This document shows positions 46,677 through 58,293 of a DNA stretch of 64,000 nt, piece after piece (positions within the stretch are counted from its first letter, which is position 1; each line of letters starts with the position of its first letter). The translations under genes were made by a program, and so were the position numbers. Under the pieces are notes generated by a model. That model did not search any database and was not told the DNA's origin. It was given only the letters and a program-made list of their open reading frames with translations. Where the stretch lies: positions 1-64,000 of IMG/VR virus record IMGVR_UViG_3300029904_000001; one strand, written 5' to 3'. This stretch comes from a virus (Duplodnaviria; Heunggongvirae; Uroviricota; Caudoviricetes).

Positions 46677-47479
46677 TTTACGTACATATTTCACCTTCAA
46701 ATAAAGTTTACGTTGGAATTACTTCCAAAACTGCTAAACAGCGTTGAAGGAATGGTAAAGGATATAAACGACACCAACCTTTATTTTATAACGCAATTCT
46801 TAAGTACGGTTGAGATAATTTTATACATAAAGTTTTATTTAATAATATAACCGAGAAAGATGCAAAATTAATAGAAATAGATTTAATCTATTATTATAAA
46901 AAGATTGGAAAAAGTTACAATATTACCGATGGAGGTGATGGTACGCGTGGACGTCCTAATTCTGAACATGCGAGACGATTAATTAGCGAGGCTCAAAAGA
47001 AACGTCCGATAGAACAATATACTTTAGATGGTACATATGTTCAAACGTTTGAATCCGTTGTTGCAGCTAGTAAAGCAATTGGAAAAGCGATTTATCAAAA
47101 TAATCATTGATATGCAGCAAGAGGTTTAAGTAGGTCTTGTAACGAAGGAACTGTAGCTTACGGTTTTCGATGAAAATATGTAGATCAAAAAGAGTTAAAA
47201 ATTGCGTTAAATAAGTCTACAAAACCTATTGTACAACTTAGTTTAGAGGGAGAATTTATTAACAAATTTGATTCTGGTGTTCATGCTGAATGTCAAACAG
47301 GTATTGACCATAAACTAATCTCTGCTTGTTGCACAGGTAAACGTAAAACAACAAAAGGATACCGATGAATGTTTTATAATGATTATCTTAATACAATGTC
47401 GCAATGTCTTAATTTACCCGAAGATCCAATTAATATTAAATGAAATGATACAATCAATAAAAATTCTCAAAGTGGGTAA
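46667..47479 (+). CDS. GIY-YIG homing endonuclease with NUMOD-like DNA-binding region; six in-frame TGA=Trp
   Basis: ATG overlaps the RNase H stop. M-W-LVYVHISPSNKVYVGITSKTAKQR-W-RNGKGYKRHQPLFYNAILKYG-W-DNF.. (GIY..YIG) then ..RRLISEAQKKRPIEQYTLDGTYVQTFESVVAASKAIGKAIYQ.. Confidence 0.55.
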
Positions 47480-47801
47480 TCATTTATATCCAGATATTAA
47501 TCACTCTGAAGCATATGAAATACAATTATCTGAAAAAGTAGAACGTATACTAAATAAATGTATACATCCAACAGAATGTGTAGTTATTTTTTATGAACAG
47601 TATGATATTATTGCAGATAAAGGTGTTTTACAATTTAAAGAAGAAGATATAGTTAGATATTTAACAACTAACGATGATTTTGATCTTACTTTTTATGTCG
47701 ATAATCATGAATTTACAATATCTTCTGATTTGTATAACTTGCTAGAACAACAATTTAATTTCAATTTCCATAAAACACTTTATAGAATTGAGATTTGGTA
47801 A
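47445..47801 (+). CDS. hypothetical protein
   Basis: ATG 47445 within track ORF 47379-47801. Confidence 0.4.
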   Translation: MIQSIKILKVGNHLYPDINHSEAYEIQLSEKVERILNKCIHPTECVVIFYEQYDIIADKGVLQFKEEDIVRYLTTNDDFDLTFYVDNHEFTISSDLYNLLEQQFNFNFHKTLYRIEIW

Positions 47802-47960
47802 TGTATTGGTATTTAATAGAAGTCTTTGAATGAGTAACCAACAATAATCCCAAATATTATCATTTAGTAGATTCAAAGGTTTTTCATTCAAAGAAGAATT
47901 TAAAAGAACAAACTTATTCTAAAAATAATAAGTTTTACACTTTATCTAAAATAAGCCCAA

Positions 47961-48578
47961 ATGAAGCTTAAAGAAAAGGAACAAACTTTTGATAGTCCAA
48001 AACCTAATCAGGACATAGCTCCTGGTACAAATGCAAAAAATGAAGGTCTTAAAAGAAGAATATGCGCTTTATCTGATAAGATAGTTGAACTTCTTCTAAG
48101 ACAACTACAACACGAATTATATAATCATAATCTCTATCGCTCTTTCGCTAATTATTATGGTATTAATGGATTGGCAGTTCTTGAGTCTTATTATATAAAA
48201 AGAGCTGAAGAAGAAAAGCTTCATCACGATTGGATAATTAATTATCTTAATTATAATGATGCTGCTGTTATATATCCAGAGATTCCAGAAATCAAAGAGG
48301 ATTGGGATGATCCTGTTACTCCATTTAAACTAACTGTTGATAAAGAGATTGAAACAACTAATCTTATTAAAGAGATTGTTAATGCGTCTTTAGCTGAAAA
48401 GGATTGGTTTACTTTTGCTTGGCTTATGGGAAATAGCCCAATAGAGGGTAAGCTACTTCCGGAACAGGTAGAAGAGGAAAGTATAAGCAGAACAGCGCTC
48501 GATATAGCAGAAGGAGAAGGATCGTGGTTGCGTAAAGAGAAATCGATACTCAATGCATACGAGGGAGATGACGATTAG
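47961..48578 (+). CDS. ferritin-like protein (Ftn/Dps superfamily)
   Basis: ..LLRQLQHELYNHNLYRSFANYYGINGLAVLESYYIKRAEEEKLHHDWIINYL.. matches the ferritin helix A/B di-iron motifs. Confidence 0.5.
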   Translation: MKLKEKEQTFDSPKPNQDIAPGTNAKNEGLKRRICALSDKIVELLLRQLQHELYNHNLYRSFANYYGINGLAVLESYYIKRAEEEKLHHDWIINYLNYNDAAVIYPEIPEIKEDWDDPVTPFKLTVDKEIETTNLIKEIVNASLAEKDWFTFAWLMGNSPIEGKLLPEQVEEESISRTALDIAEGEGSWLRKEKSILNAYEGDDD

Positions 48579-48580
48579 AC

Positions 48581-48892
48581 GTGCAGAAGACTTTACACGT
48601 AAAATTAAAAGTTAAACAAGAGGGACAATACACACTCTATGTGTTTGAAGACTTAGAACAGCCATTGGATAGTATAGATAAATATCTGATGGTTGTTCGT
48701 CTTCCAAATTGAAATGGAAGATTTCCAGAAATTGAAGAAAAAGGTTATTTACAATTTGATATAGTTAATGGAGGAGAGCAATATTATCGTAGAGATACTG
48801 GAGAAATGTGTACATATAACTATACTTGCAATTATTTCCTTCATTTTGTCCCTGAAACGGAAAAGATTAATATTAAAGAATTTAAATTTTAA
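48581..48892 (+). CDS. hypothetical protein (GTG start; one TGA=Trp)
   Basis: ..MVVRLPN-W-NGRFPEIEEKGYLQFDIVNGGEQYY.. Confidence 0.3.
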
Positions 48893-48898
48893 ATATAT

Positions 48899-49749
48899 AT
48901 GACAGATTTTGGCGATACCTTAGCAAAAGCAATAGAACTAGGAAAGGAGAATGCAAAGACAGATATTAATAGACTTGTATGAAAGTTTAAAAATGGTGTA
49001 GAAAAGCGTCTTATGGATATGACAGAGGAAGAGCTACAAAAAGCTTATAATCATTGTTACAGTATGCTTTATAATACATCAAGATCTGTACCTGGTAAGT
49101 ATACAGTTAAGAAAATTATAGAGAGAACTTACGATAATATCAATGCAGAACTTTTCTTACGTTATATATTATGTGAATGCAATATTGATATCTTAAAGAC
49201 AAATAAGGACGTTTTTGATTTTGTTGTTAAGAATAGAGCTGTTATGGGTGTAAAAGATAGTGATTCTGTTACATCTATGTTTAGTAATGTTCCAACCATT
49301 TTTGAAAAGGTGACTATTGATAGGCTTTTGTCTGCATGTTTTGATAAACTAGATGCTCTAAATCGTAAAATTATATCTGATAAGTTTATTATTGCTCAGG
49401 GTATCTGACTGACCAAAGAAGAGAAAGAAGATCTCACGGAGTATGATTCTAATGGAAAGCTTCGTGATAGAATGGATGTGATTAGAGAAAGACTTATTCT
49501 TAATAATGTTAAACTTCGTATAGATAGAAAGGGTTTAAGTTATTCAGAATTTAGAAGTCTTGTTAAATTAGATCAATATCCAAAAATATCTAGTCTTCCA
49601 ACAGCAACACTTAAGCTTCTGCGAGATAAGATACTATTGCTACTTGATTATGATTTAAATTATCATATAAATAAGTGGGAAACTCTTATGCAGAATCTAG
49701 TTAAAGTAGCTGAGAAGAAAGGATATAAATTAACACAACCTGATGCCTA
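48899..49749 (+). CDS. hypothetical protein (283 aa) joined across two TGA=Trp
   Basis: Track ORFs 49013 and 49472 share a frame with ATG 48899 (..INRLV-W-KFKNG.. and ..AQGI-W-LTKEEKED..). Confidence 0.45.
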
Positions 49750-51762
49750 ATGATTTATTTAGTAACTAATAACCAATTATTATTTCCTAACGAATTATAT
49801 AAAATAATAACTGTTGAGGAAAGTTTGGAATTATTAAATCCCCTTAGTGAAGTTGGAACCGATACTGAAACTGAAGGGATGGATCCACATACTAAAAAAT
49901 TGTTATTAGTTCAGTTAGGAGATTATAATAATCAAGTTGTAATTGATTGTAGAACTGTTGATATACGTAAATATAAAGAGTTTTTAGAAAGTGATCGACT
50001 GTTTTTACTTTGGAACGCGAAGTTTGATTTAAAGTTTTTTCTTAAACATGAAATTGTAATTAGGAATGTATATGATGGATTTCTTGCAGAAAAATTACTA
50101 TGATTGGGTTATCCTGCAGGAATTCACTCAATGTCATTAAAAGCAGCTGGAGAAAAATATTGTGGAGTTGAATTAGATAAATCTATTCGAGGTAAAATCA
50201 TATGGTCTAAAACTCTAACAGATGATATTATTGAATATGGAGCTAATGATGTCAAATATCTAGCTAAAATTAAAGAAAAACAACATCAAGAATTGCAAAA
50301 TAAAGGACTTCTTAAAGCAATTGCATATGAAAATAAATTTTGTCCTGTTTTGGCTTATACTGAATTTTGTGGAGTTAAATTAGATGAAACAAAATGGAAA
50401 GAAAAAATGGCTAAAGATAGAATAAAATTTGATACTGCTTTAAATAGTCTAAATAATTGGGTAATTGAGAATTATCCAGAATATTCTTACGTTAATCCTC
50501 AAGGAGATTTGTTTTCAGGATTTGATGATACTCCTAAATGTACAATTAATTGGGCTAGTCCAAAGCAAGTTATTCCACTTCTAGAGAAAATTGGATTTAA
50601 ACTTGATACTTTTGATAAGAAAACAAAAGCCAAAAAGAAATCTGTAGGAGCTGATATTATAGAACCGCAAAAAAATCTAAGTCCTATTGCTCCTATATAC
50701 TTAGAATACAAAGCAGCAGAGAAACTAATAGGAACTTATGGTCAAAATGTGCTAGATCAGATTAATCCAGAGACTGGGAGAATTCACACTAACTTTAATC
50801 AACTGGGAACAGACACCGGGAGGTTAAGTTCAGGTGGGAAGGATAAAGAAAATGAAATAGAGTATATAAACTTCCAAAACTTTCCTAGAGATACAGAGAC
50901 AAGAGCGTGTTTTGTAGCAGAATCTGGTAATAAATGAATTAGCTGCGATTACTCAGCTCAAGAATCTAGAATTATTGGAGAATTATCTTCAGATAAAGCA
51001 ATCCTCGATCTATTTAATTATGGTTGTGGAGATATGCATTCTCTAGTTGCAAAAATGGCTTACCCAGATATAATTGGAGATTGTCCTATTGAAGAAATAA
51101 AGCATAAGTTTAAACATTGGCGTCAAGAAGCTAAAGGAATTGAATTTGCTATAAACTATGGTGGAGATGCTAATACCATCAAATCAAATAAGAATATTCC
51201 AATGGAAGAAGCTCAAAAAATCTACGATGATTATATGAAAGGTTTTTCTGGAGTAAAGACTTATCAAGATAGACAAAGAAAATTTGTAATGGATCATGGG
51301 TATATTTTATTAAATCCCAAAACTGGACATAAAGCTTTTATTTATGATTATGAAGAACTATCAGCAATAAAAGCAAGATTTAATGGACAATTCTGAGAAA
51401 CATATAGAGAATATAAGAAATCTAATCCAGATTCAGCTATAGTTTCTGAAGTAAGACACTATTTTAAACGAAAATCAGCGTCTGAGAAGCAATCTATAAA
51501 CTATCCTTGTCAGGCCACTGGCGCACTTTGCTTTAAATTAGCCTCTATTTATATATATCAATATTTACTTGATAATAATTTATTATTTAAAGTAAAATTA
51601 TGTATTCCTGCTCATGATGAATGAAATGTTGAAGCTCCAGAAGAAATTTGTGATCAAATATCTGAAATGGTTCAAGATAGCATGAAAAAAGCAGGGGCAT
51701 GATTTTGCAGACAAGTAGAGTTACCTGCAGAAGCAGAAGTTGATACTTGTTGAAGACATTAA
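49750..51762 (+). CDS. polA: DNA polymerase I family A (3'-5' exonuclease + polymerase domains); multiple in-frame TGA=Trp
   Basis: Exo I GTDTETEGMD; Exo III YGANDVKYL; motif A ..RIHTNFNQLGTDTGRLSSGG..; motif B RQEAKGIEFAINYGG; ..SINYPCQATGA..; motif C ..CIPAHDE... All in one frame (49750, 50104, 51034 plus tail to 51762), joined by TGAs. Confidence 0.7.
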
Positions 51763-51772
51763 CATATACTTA

Positions 51773-52660
51773 ATGAAAGATTTAATACTATTAAAGAAAC
51801 TCTATTTAATAGAGCGTAGATTTAGAGAAGAATATAAGGTCATTTCTTTTATCTTAAACTATTGTCATAAAGAATTATCTAACTGTAATCTTAAATATGA
51901 AGTAGATTATTATGGTAATTTGTTTATAACTAAAAACACAACAAATCCAAAATCTTATGCTTGTATAGTTGCACATATGGATTGTGTTCAACGTTATACA
52001 ATGTCTAGAAAGATTACTATTGGTGGAGATATAATAAGTGCTGTATATGCGGATGGAAATAGTGCTGGATTATCCAGTGATGATTCAAATGGCATTTGGG
52101 TTGCTCTTAAATTACTTAAAGATATAGATAATCTTAAAGTTGTATTTACCTGTGAAGAAGAAAGTGGTGGACAAGGAGCTAATGCAGCAAGTGAAAATAT
52201 TGATTTCTTCTTGGATGTTATGTTTTTAATTCAAGCTGACAGAAGAGGAAATTCTGACCTTATTACTTATACTAACGGATTTGAAACAGCAAGTCCTAAA
52301 TTTGTAGAACGTATCAAACCAATTTCTGATAAATATCAATATAAACCAAATATTGGAACTTTTACTGATATTGGTATTTTAGCTGGAGAATTGGAAATAA
52401 GTGGTGTAAATATATCGTGTGGTTATTATAATGAGCATACAGATAGAGAATATACTAACTTTTTAGAGTTACAGAATTGTTATGAATATATAAGAGAGAT
52501 AATTATGTCTCTTAAAGATGAGAACGAGATTTATACAATTACTGTTCCTAAACAAATACTATATTCATCTGCTTATGTTCCTGCTCCAATTGAATATGAT
52601 CATGAAATGCCTTGTGATACTTGTACAACTTGGGATTGTTTAAGATGTCCATATAAATAA
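51773..52660 (+). CDS. M20/M28/M42-family zinc metallopeptidase-like protein
   Basis: ..IVAHMDCVQ.., ..DDSNGIWVALKLL.., ..CEEESGGQGA.. resemble metal-binding motifs of aminopeptidase-type Zn peptidases. Confidence 0.4.
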   Translation: MKDLILLKKLYLIERRFREEYKVISFILNYCHKELSNCNLKYEVDYYGNLFITKNTTNPKSYACIVAHMDCVQRYTMSRKITIGGDIISAVYADGNSAGLSSDDSNGIWVALKLLKDIDNLKVVFTCEEESGGQGANAASENIDFFLDVMFLIQADRRGNSDLITYTNGFETASPKFVERIKPISDKYQYKPNIGTFTDIGILAGELEISGVNISCGYYNEHTDREYTNFLELQNCYEYIREIIMSLKDENEIYTITVPKQILYSSAYVPAPIEYDHEMPCDTCTTWDCLRCPYK

Positions 52661-52666
52661 TATTTA

Positions 52667-53896
52667 ATGATATCTCGAACTGAGAGACAAAAAGAGGGGG
52701 TTAAAAAATGGATAAAAGCTGGTTGTAAGGGCACATGATGTTACGGTACTGGAGTGGGAAAAAGCTTTTCAGCTACTATGGCTATCATGAAGGTTTTAAA
52801 AGTAAAACCAGACGCTAGAATATTAATTAGTGTTCCAACTGAGTTTTTACAAAAGCAATGAATGGATAATTATATTATTAAATATAATCTTATTAAAAAC
52901 TGTGAAGTAAGAATAGTTAATAGTATAATTAAATCATCTTGTGAAGTTGATCTCTTAGTAATTGACGAAGCGCATCTTGTAGTAAGTGATCAATTCCGAC
53001 AAATCTTTGAATGTGTAGACTACGATATGGTATTGTGTTTGACAGCTACACTTGAAAGATTGGATGGAAAAGAGATTTTGATCAAACAACTTGCTCCAGT
53101 ATGTGACCAAATTACTATAGAAGAAGCTACATCTAACGGATGACTATCTCCATATAAAGAATATGTTGTTTTATTAGATGTAGATATGACTGAGTACAAT
53201 AAATGGAATCAAGAATTTATTGGATTTTTCTCTCAATTAGGTTTTGATTTTTCTAGAGGTATGACTTTATCCACAAATATTATAGAAAGGAGAAAGTATG
53301 CCAAAAAAATGGGAATAGATCATAAACAAATGGATGCTATTTGTTTTGGATGAATGGATAGACTAAGAAAAAGAAGACAATTTGTTCAGTCTCATCCACA
53401 TAAATTAGAAATAGCTAGAAAAATTCTTGATGCTAGAAAGGATAAGAAGTGCATAACTTTTTGTTCAACAATTAAAGATTCAGAAAAACTTGCTCAGAAA
53501 GGAGAATTTGTTTTACATTCACAAAAAAGTAAAAAAGATAATTCTTCTACAATAGATGCTTTTAATCAAGCTTCTACCGGAGTAATTCATTCTTCTAAGG
53601 CCGCTAGAACTGGAGTAGATTTAAAAGGATTATCTGTAGAAATTATATTAAATACAGATTCTTCTAAAATTACTAAAGTTCAAACAGTAGGTAGAACAAT
53701 TCGTTTTGAACCAGGCAAGCAAGCTGAAATATTTACTTTAATTATTAAAGGAACTGTTGAAGAAAAATGATTTGCAAATTCTTCTACTTCAAACTATATA
53801 GTTATTACAGAACAAGAATTAGATAAAATCCTTAATTATGAACCTCTTGATGTTCGAAATAGAATATTCTTTAAAGATATAAAAAATAGATTTTAA
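52667..53896 (+). CDS. superfamily-2 DEAH-box helicase; several in-frame TGA=Trp
   Basis: Walker A ..GTGVGKS..; DEAH ..LLVIDEAH..; TAT (..CLTATL..); motif VI ..QTVGRTIR... Continuous frame 52667-53896 across TGAs. Confidence 0.6.
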
Positions 53897-53897
53897 G

Positions 53898-54242
53898 ATG
53901 AATAAACTTCCAGAATTATATAAAAAATATGATTGCTATGATGATGGTAAAATAACAGAATCTCGTAAATATCAAGTTCTTATAACAGATATTATTCCAT
54001 TTGACAAAGCAGATAAGGAATTGATTGATGAATGGCGCACTCAAATTTTAGAATGTCATTGGCTTTTTGCTCAGGAAACAGATTATTTTATATTTGCTGT
54101 ATCTTATGAACAATGGTGTCCTAAAGTTGAAATCTTTGTTCGTGCTAAAGATGGGGGATGATTTGGTTTAGGAGAATGGAATGATTATGACGATTATTTT
54201 AATATAAATTATTGTTCTGGAAGATTAATTATACCAGAATAG
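53898..54242 (+). CDS. hypothetical protein (one TGA=Trp)
   Basis: Track ORF 53898-54161 continues through TGA to a TAG at 54240. Confidence 0.4.
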
Positions 54243-54390
54243 CTATTTAAATATTTATTACAGTCGATAAACCGACATTAAACAAATATTGCTATGTGAA
54301 TGTTTGAATTTGATTTAAGTGGAATTAAATACTATTTTAAATATTTGTATAGCATATAACCTTACATTTGATGAATTTTTCCTTATATAT

Positions 54391-54906
54391 ATGACTTTCT
54401 TAGCTAGAGATGAAGAAGAACATGAAGAATATCTAAACAAATGATTCTCTAACGGAGGAAAAGAACGATTAAGAGAACTATTTAATTCTCTTAAAGCAAA
54501 AGGAATAATTCATAAAACTTATAATGCAGAAAGTTATATACCAAACGAGATAGAATTTAATAAGAATTTTATTAAAGGTTGGTTAAAACAATCTGGAGAA
54601 ATGGGACAGGAGCTTTTTAACGAGTATCCATCCTACGTTGAAATTAAAGGGCGTTTATATTCCCTTAAGAACATATCTAAGAAATTTTATTCCTTAGATG
54701 AATTTTATTTCTATTATTCTGCGTCTATAGGACACAATCCAGAAAAGCATAAAGAAGTAATGGAAATTCTTAGATGGGCAAAAGAGAAAAATCTGATTAA
54801 CTTTGGAATTCTTGAGTTTTGTGCATCTCAGAAGTGAACTCAGCTTAAAGAAATGCGAGACAATGGTCTAGATAATAAGGTTGTTGAGTCAATTTATATA
54901 GATTAA
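54391..54906 (+). CDS. hypothetical protein (two TGA=Trp)
   Basis: ATG 54391 in the same frame as track ORF 54601-54837; ..EEYLNK-W-FSNGG.. and ..ASQK-W-TQLKEM.. Confidence 0.4.
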
Positions 54907-54907
54907 T

Positions 54908-56050
54908 ATGAATGGAGTTGATATATTATTTAGACAAATCGATAATGGTAGAGCAGGCAAAAATATTGGTTTAAAAACAGGTATATCTAAGATGGATAAG
55001 TATACTGGAGGTCTCCAAAAAGGTGTTTATACACTTATTTTCGGCACATCGGGTGCGGGAAAAAGTAGTTATGCTTTATATACCCATATTTATCGTCCGT
55101 TAAAAGATTATCCCGATAAAAACATTAAACTGATCTACTACTCCCTAGAGATGAGCCAATCATTACTTCTTGCTAAATTGCTTTGTCTTTATATATATGA
55201 AGAATATCATTATGTAATCTCTTATACCGAGCTTATGTCTTGGCAAGATATTCTTGATGATGAGTCTTATGAATATGTAAAACAGGGAAGAGCATGACTT
55301 AATTCGATTATGGATAAGTTAATTATCTATGATAAGACTTTAAATTCTAAATTCTTTTATAAAAGTATGATGGAAAACTTAGAAGAATGAGGTACTTTTG
55401 AAGAAACAGAAGATGGTAGAAGAACAATTTATATTAAAAACGATCCAGAACAATATGTAGAAGCAATTGTCGATCATATTGGATTGGTTCGTCCATCTGC
55501 TGGAAATACCAAAAAAGCAGAAATCGACGAAGTATCAGCTTATGCTGTCTCTTTTAAAGAGAAATGTCAATGTTCTTTCTGTATATTAATGCAGGAAAAT
55601 AGAAATTCAGCTGATATGGATAGACGAAAAGCAGATTTAACCGAATGCAGCGCTGAAGACATTAAAGATAGCGGTAATCCTTATAATGATTCCGAAATCT
55701 GTATTGGAATTTACTATCCATTGAAGTATAAAATCAAAAATCATCGTGGTTATCCGATTATAGTAGAGAATAGTCAGCAAGGAGCATTTATTGGTCTTCG
55801 AGACAGATATCGTTCAGCAATTTTAATCAAAAATCGACTAGGAGTAAGTGATCGATTAGTTCCATTAAACTTTTTTGGAGAAATCGGTTATTTCGTAGAG
55901 CTCCCTAAAGCCGATACAGTGACAAATTGAAAAGATTATTGCTACTTAAAAGATAACCAAAGATTTAAAGCCACACAAGAAGAAGATTTAAACATAAAAG
56001 ATGAAACTCAGAATAAATCTGAGAAGAAAGAAATAATATTTAAATTCTAA
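54908..56050 (+). CDS. DnaB-like replicative helicase (RecA-fold C-terminal domain type); three in-frame TGA=Trp
   Basis: ..GLKTGISKMDKYTGGLQKGVYTLIFGTSGAGKSSYAL.. (DnaB H1 / Walker A), ..ILMQENRNSADMD... 54908 and 55484 ORFs share a frame. Confidence 0.55.
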
Positions 56051-56051
56051 T

Positions 56052-56627
56052 ATGTCAATAGAATTACCTACTAGTAAAATACCCGCGAAAACACAAGATC
56101 CGAAGAATCTAATCATATTTGGCCTCCCGAAATGTGGAAAAACAACTATTTTGAGCACTTTAGAGAATAATCTTTTGCTCGATATGGAAGAAGGGAGTGA
56201 TTATGTCGACGCATTAAAGTATAAGATTCATTCTCTTAAAGAACTTAAAGAAGTTTGTAAAGCTATCAAAGAGGCCGGTAAACCATATAAATTTATAACA
56301 ATCGATACTGTTACAGCAATAGAAGAAATGGCTAAACCTGTAGCTATAACTCTTTATCAACAGTCTCCACAATATTCTGATAAATATGCAGATGTTAAAG
56401 ACCCTGCTTTGCTTCCAAATGGTATTGGCTGGAATCTATGGAGAACTGCTGTTGAATCAATTATTAATTTGGTTGCTTCTTGTGCTGATAATCTTATTAT
56501 ATGTGGTCATGTAAAAGATTCTAAGCTTGATGAAAACGCTAGTGGTGCACTTAAAACACTTGATCTAATGGGTAAACTCTCAAGAATACTCTCTGCTAAA
56601 TCAGATGCCATTGGGTTGACATTATAA
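56052..56627 (+). CDS. P-loop ATPase (RecA-like / Sak4-like recombination ATPase candidate)
   Basis: Walker A ..LIIFGLPKCGKTT..; Walker B-like ..KFITIDTV..; 191 aa. Confidence 0.45.
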   Translation: MSIELPTSKIPAKTQDPKNLIIFGLPKCGKTTILSTLENNLLLDMEEGSDYVDALKYKIHSLKELKEVCKAIKEAGKPYKFITIDTVTAIEEMAKPVAITLYQQSPQYSDKYADVKDPALLPNGIGWNLWRTAVESIINLVASCADNLIICGHVKDSKLDENASGALKTLDLMGKLSRILSAKSDAIGLTL

Positions 56628-56783
56628 GCCCCTTTATATAGTAATATATATCGAAAATCTCGAATATGCTGGAAACTCCTAAAGCTTCTCTTACCAAAGT
56701 GTAAAAATAGAGAAGATGTTACAATGGACAATCAGCAGGGATGTAGCAATACGCCCTCAACGACTACCAAGAGATATCCATAA

Positions 56784-57557
56784 TTGGATAATTGTATAGT
56801 CTATTCTCAAACCATTATGAAGAAAAAAAATTATTATAAACAACACGTTTGTCAACATTGCGGAAGAATTTTCTATGGAAGAGGCAATTATTGTAGAAAA
56901 CACGCAGAACAAAAAAGAAAATACGGATATTTTTTAGATTGTAATCCAAGAACTCCAAAAGATCCAAATGAAATTATTTGGAAAGACGGATGTACTTGTG
57001 TTGTTACTTACGATAAAGATTGTAATCCTAATTATTATTTTAAAGTAGATATTGAAGATCTTCCATTAATTACAAAACATAAATGGCACGCCGCTATCGC
57101 TAAAAAGAAAAACGGATTGATCTATATGTGTAGCAATGACGTAGGTTTATACCATATTTTATTAATGCAGCCAAAGAAAGGAGAAACTGTTGATCATATA
57201 AACAGAAATACATTCGATAACAGAAAATGTAATTTACGAATTGTTTCTCAAACTGAACAAAATCATAATCAAAAAGTAAGAAATAATACTAGATTTGATA
57301 TTAAAGGAATTGATCAACATAAAGATCCAAATAGAGAAAAACGATATATGGCGCGATTTTCAATGAATAAAACAACATATAGAAGTCCTTGGTATAAAAC
57401 ATACGAAGAGGCTGTATTTGCTCGTTATTTATTACAACAATTAGCAAAAGTAGAAGTAATTAATAATGATATGCAAAAATATATTGACAAACTAACAGAA
57501 GAACAAAAATTACCAATTGTTAAATGGTTTTCAAATAGGTTTAAAGACCGAGTATAA
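56784..57557 (+). CDS. HNH homing endonuclease with Cys-rich N-terminus
   Basis: ..GETVDHINRNTFDNRKCNLRIVSQTEQNHN.. is the HNH core; N-terminal CQHCGRIFYGRGNYCRKH zinc ribbon. Confidence 0.5.
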   Translation: MDNCIVYSQTIMKKKNYYKQHVCQHCGRIFYGRGNYCRKHAEQKRKYGYFLDCNPRTPKDPNEIIWKDGCTCVVTYDKDCNPNYYFKVDIEDLPLITKHKWHAAIAKKKNGLIYMCSNDVGLYHILLMQPKKGETVDHINRNTFDNRKCNLRIVSQTEQNHNQKVRNNTRFDIKGIDQHKDPNREKRYMARFSMNKTTYRSPWYKTYEEAVFARYLLQQLAKVEVINNDMQKYIDKLTEEQKLPIVKWFSNRFKDRV

Positions 57558-57745
57558 AAGTTGTGCATCGTGATGAAGATTCAAATCTCTGTATTAAATT
57601 TGGTCAAGACGGAGAGGTTTTAACTGGTGCTAGACCAGCACATTTAGCTAATAAGGACGTGATTGTTGCAGAATGGAATGGAGATGGAACATTTACACCT
57701 CATTGGGAACGTATTTATCCGTCTCTGGCTAAAAAAGACTAGTAT

Positions 57746-58258
57746 ATGTTTAATATCTCATTTGATTTTGATGAAGTAACTCAAAAGGTGACAAACCTTA
57801 AAGTTACTTCTTTATCTAAAGTAAATTTAGATGATGGAGAAGCTATGGTTCAACTTATGGATAATAAACTTAAGCTGACGCCAAAAGCTATTGAAATGAT
57901 TGATGCTCAGGTTGGTGATAGAATTCAAGTTAATTACTGGACTGAGGACAATCATAACACATTCCCGTTAATAGGAAAAAGTGAAGTATTTACTGATCCA
58001 GAGGAAGGGTCGAAGCTCACGAAGAGCAATACAGTTTCGTTTAGAGGGAATAAAAATACTACACTTAAAATTTATGGAAATTTATTCAAGCTTGAGCCAT
58101 TTAAAGATGGTATGTTTAAACTCGTTAAAGTAGAAGAAGAAAATGAATCTACTGAGATTGAACAAAATGAGCTTGACAATCTCAATTCATCAGAAATAGA
58201 TGAAGAGATTAATAATCTTATTGATAATTCGGAAGACGATGATGCTCTTCCATTTTAA
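57746..58258 (+). CDS. acidic protein with SSB-like C-terminal tip (..SEDDDALPF)
   Basis: C-terminus mimics the bacterial SSB tail DDDIPF. Confidence 0.4.
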   Translation: MFNISFDFDEVTQKVTNLKVTSLSKVNLDDGEAMVQLMDNKLKLTPKAIEMIDAQVGDRIQVNYWTEDNHNTFPLIGKSEVFTDPEEGSKLTKSNTVSFRGNKNTTLKIYGNLFKLEPFKDGMFKLVKVEEENESTEIEQNELDNLNSSEIDEEINNLIDNSEDDDALPF

Positions 58259-58293
58259 TTTTATTTTAAACGTTTAAAAATTAATTTTAAAGT

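Noticed and set aside
57574-57741. Small GTG-initiated ORF between the HNH gene and 57746
   Set aside because: No ATG, no motif, short; it could be an untranslated leader. Not called.
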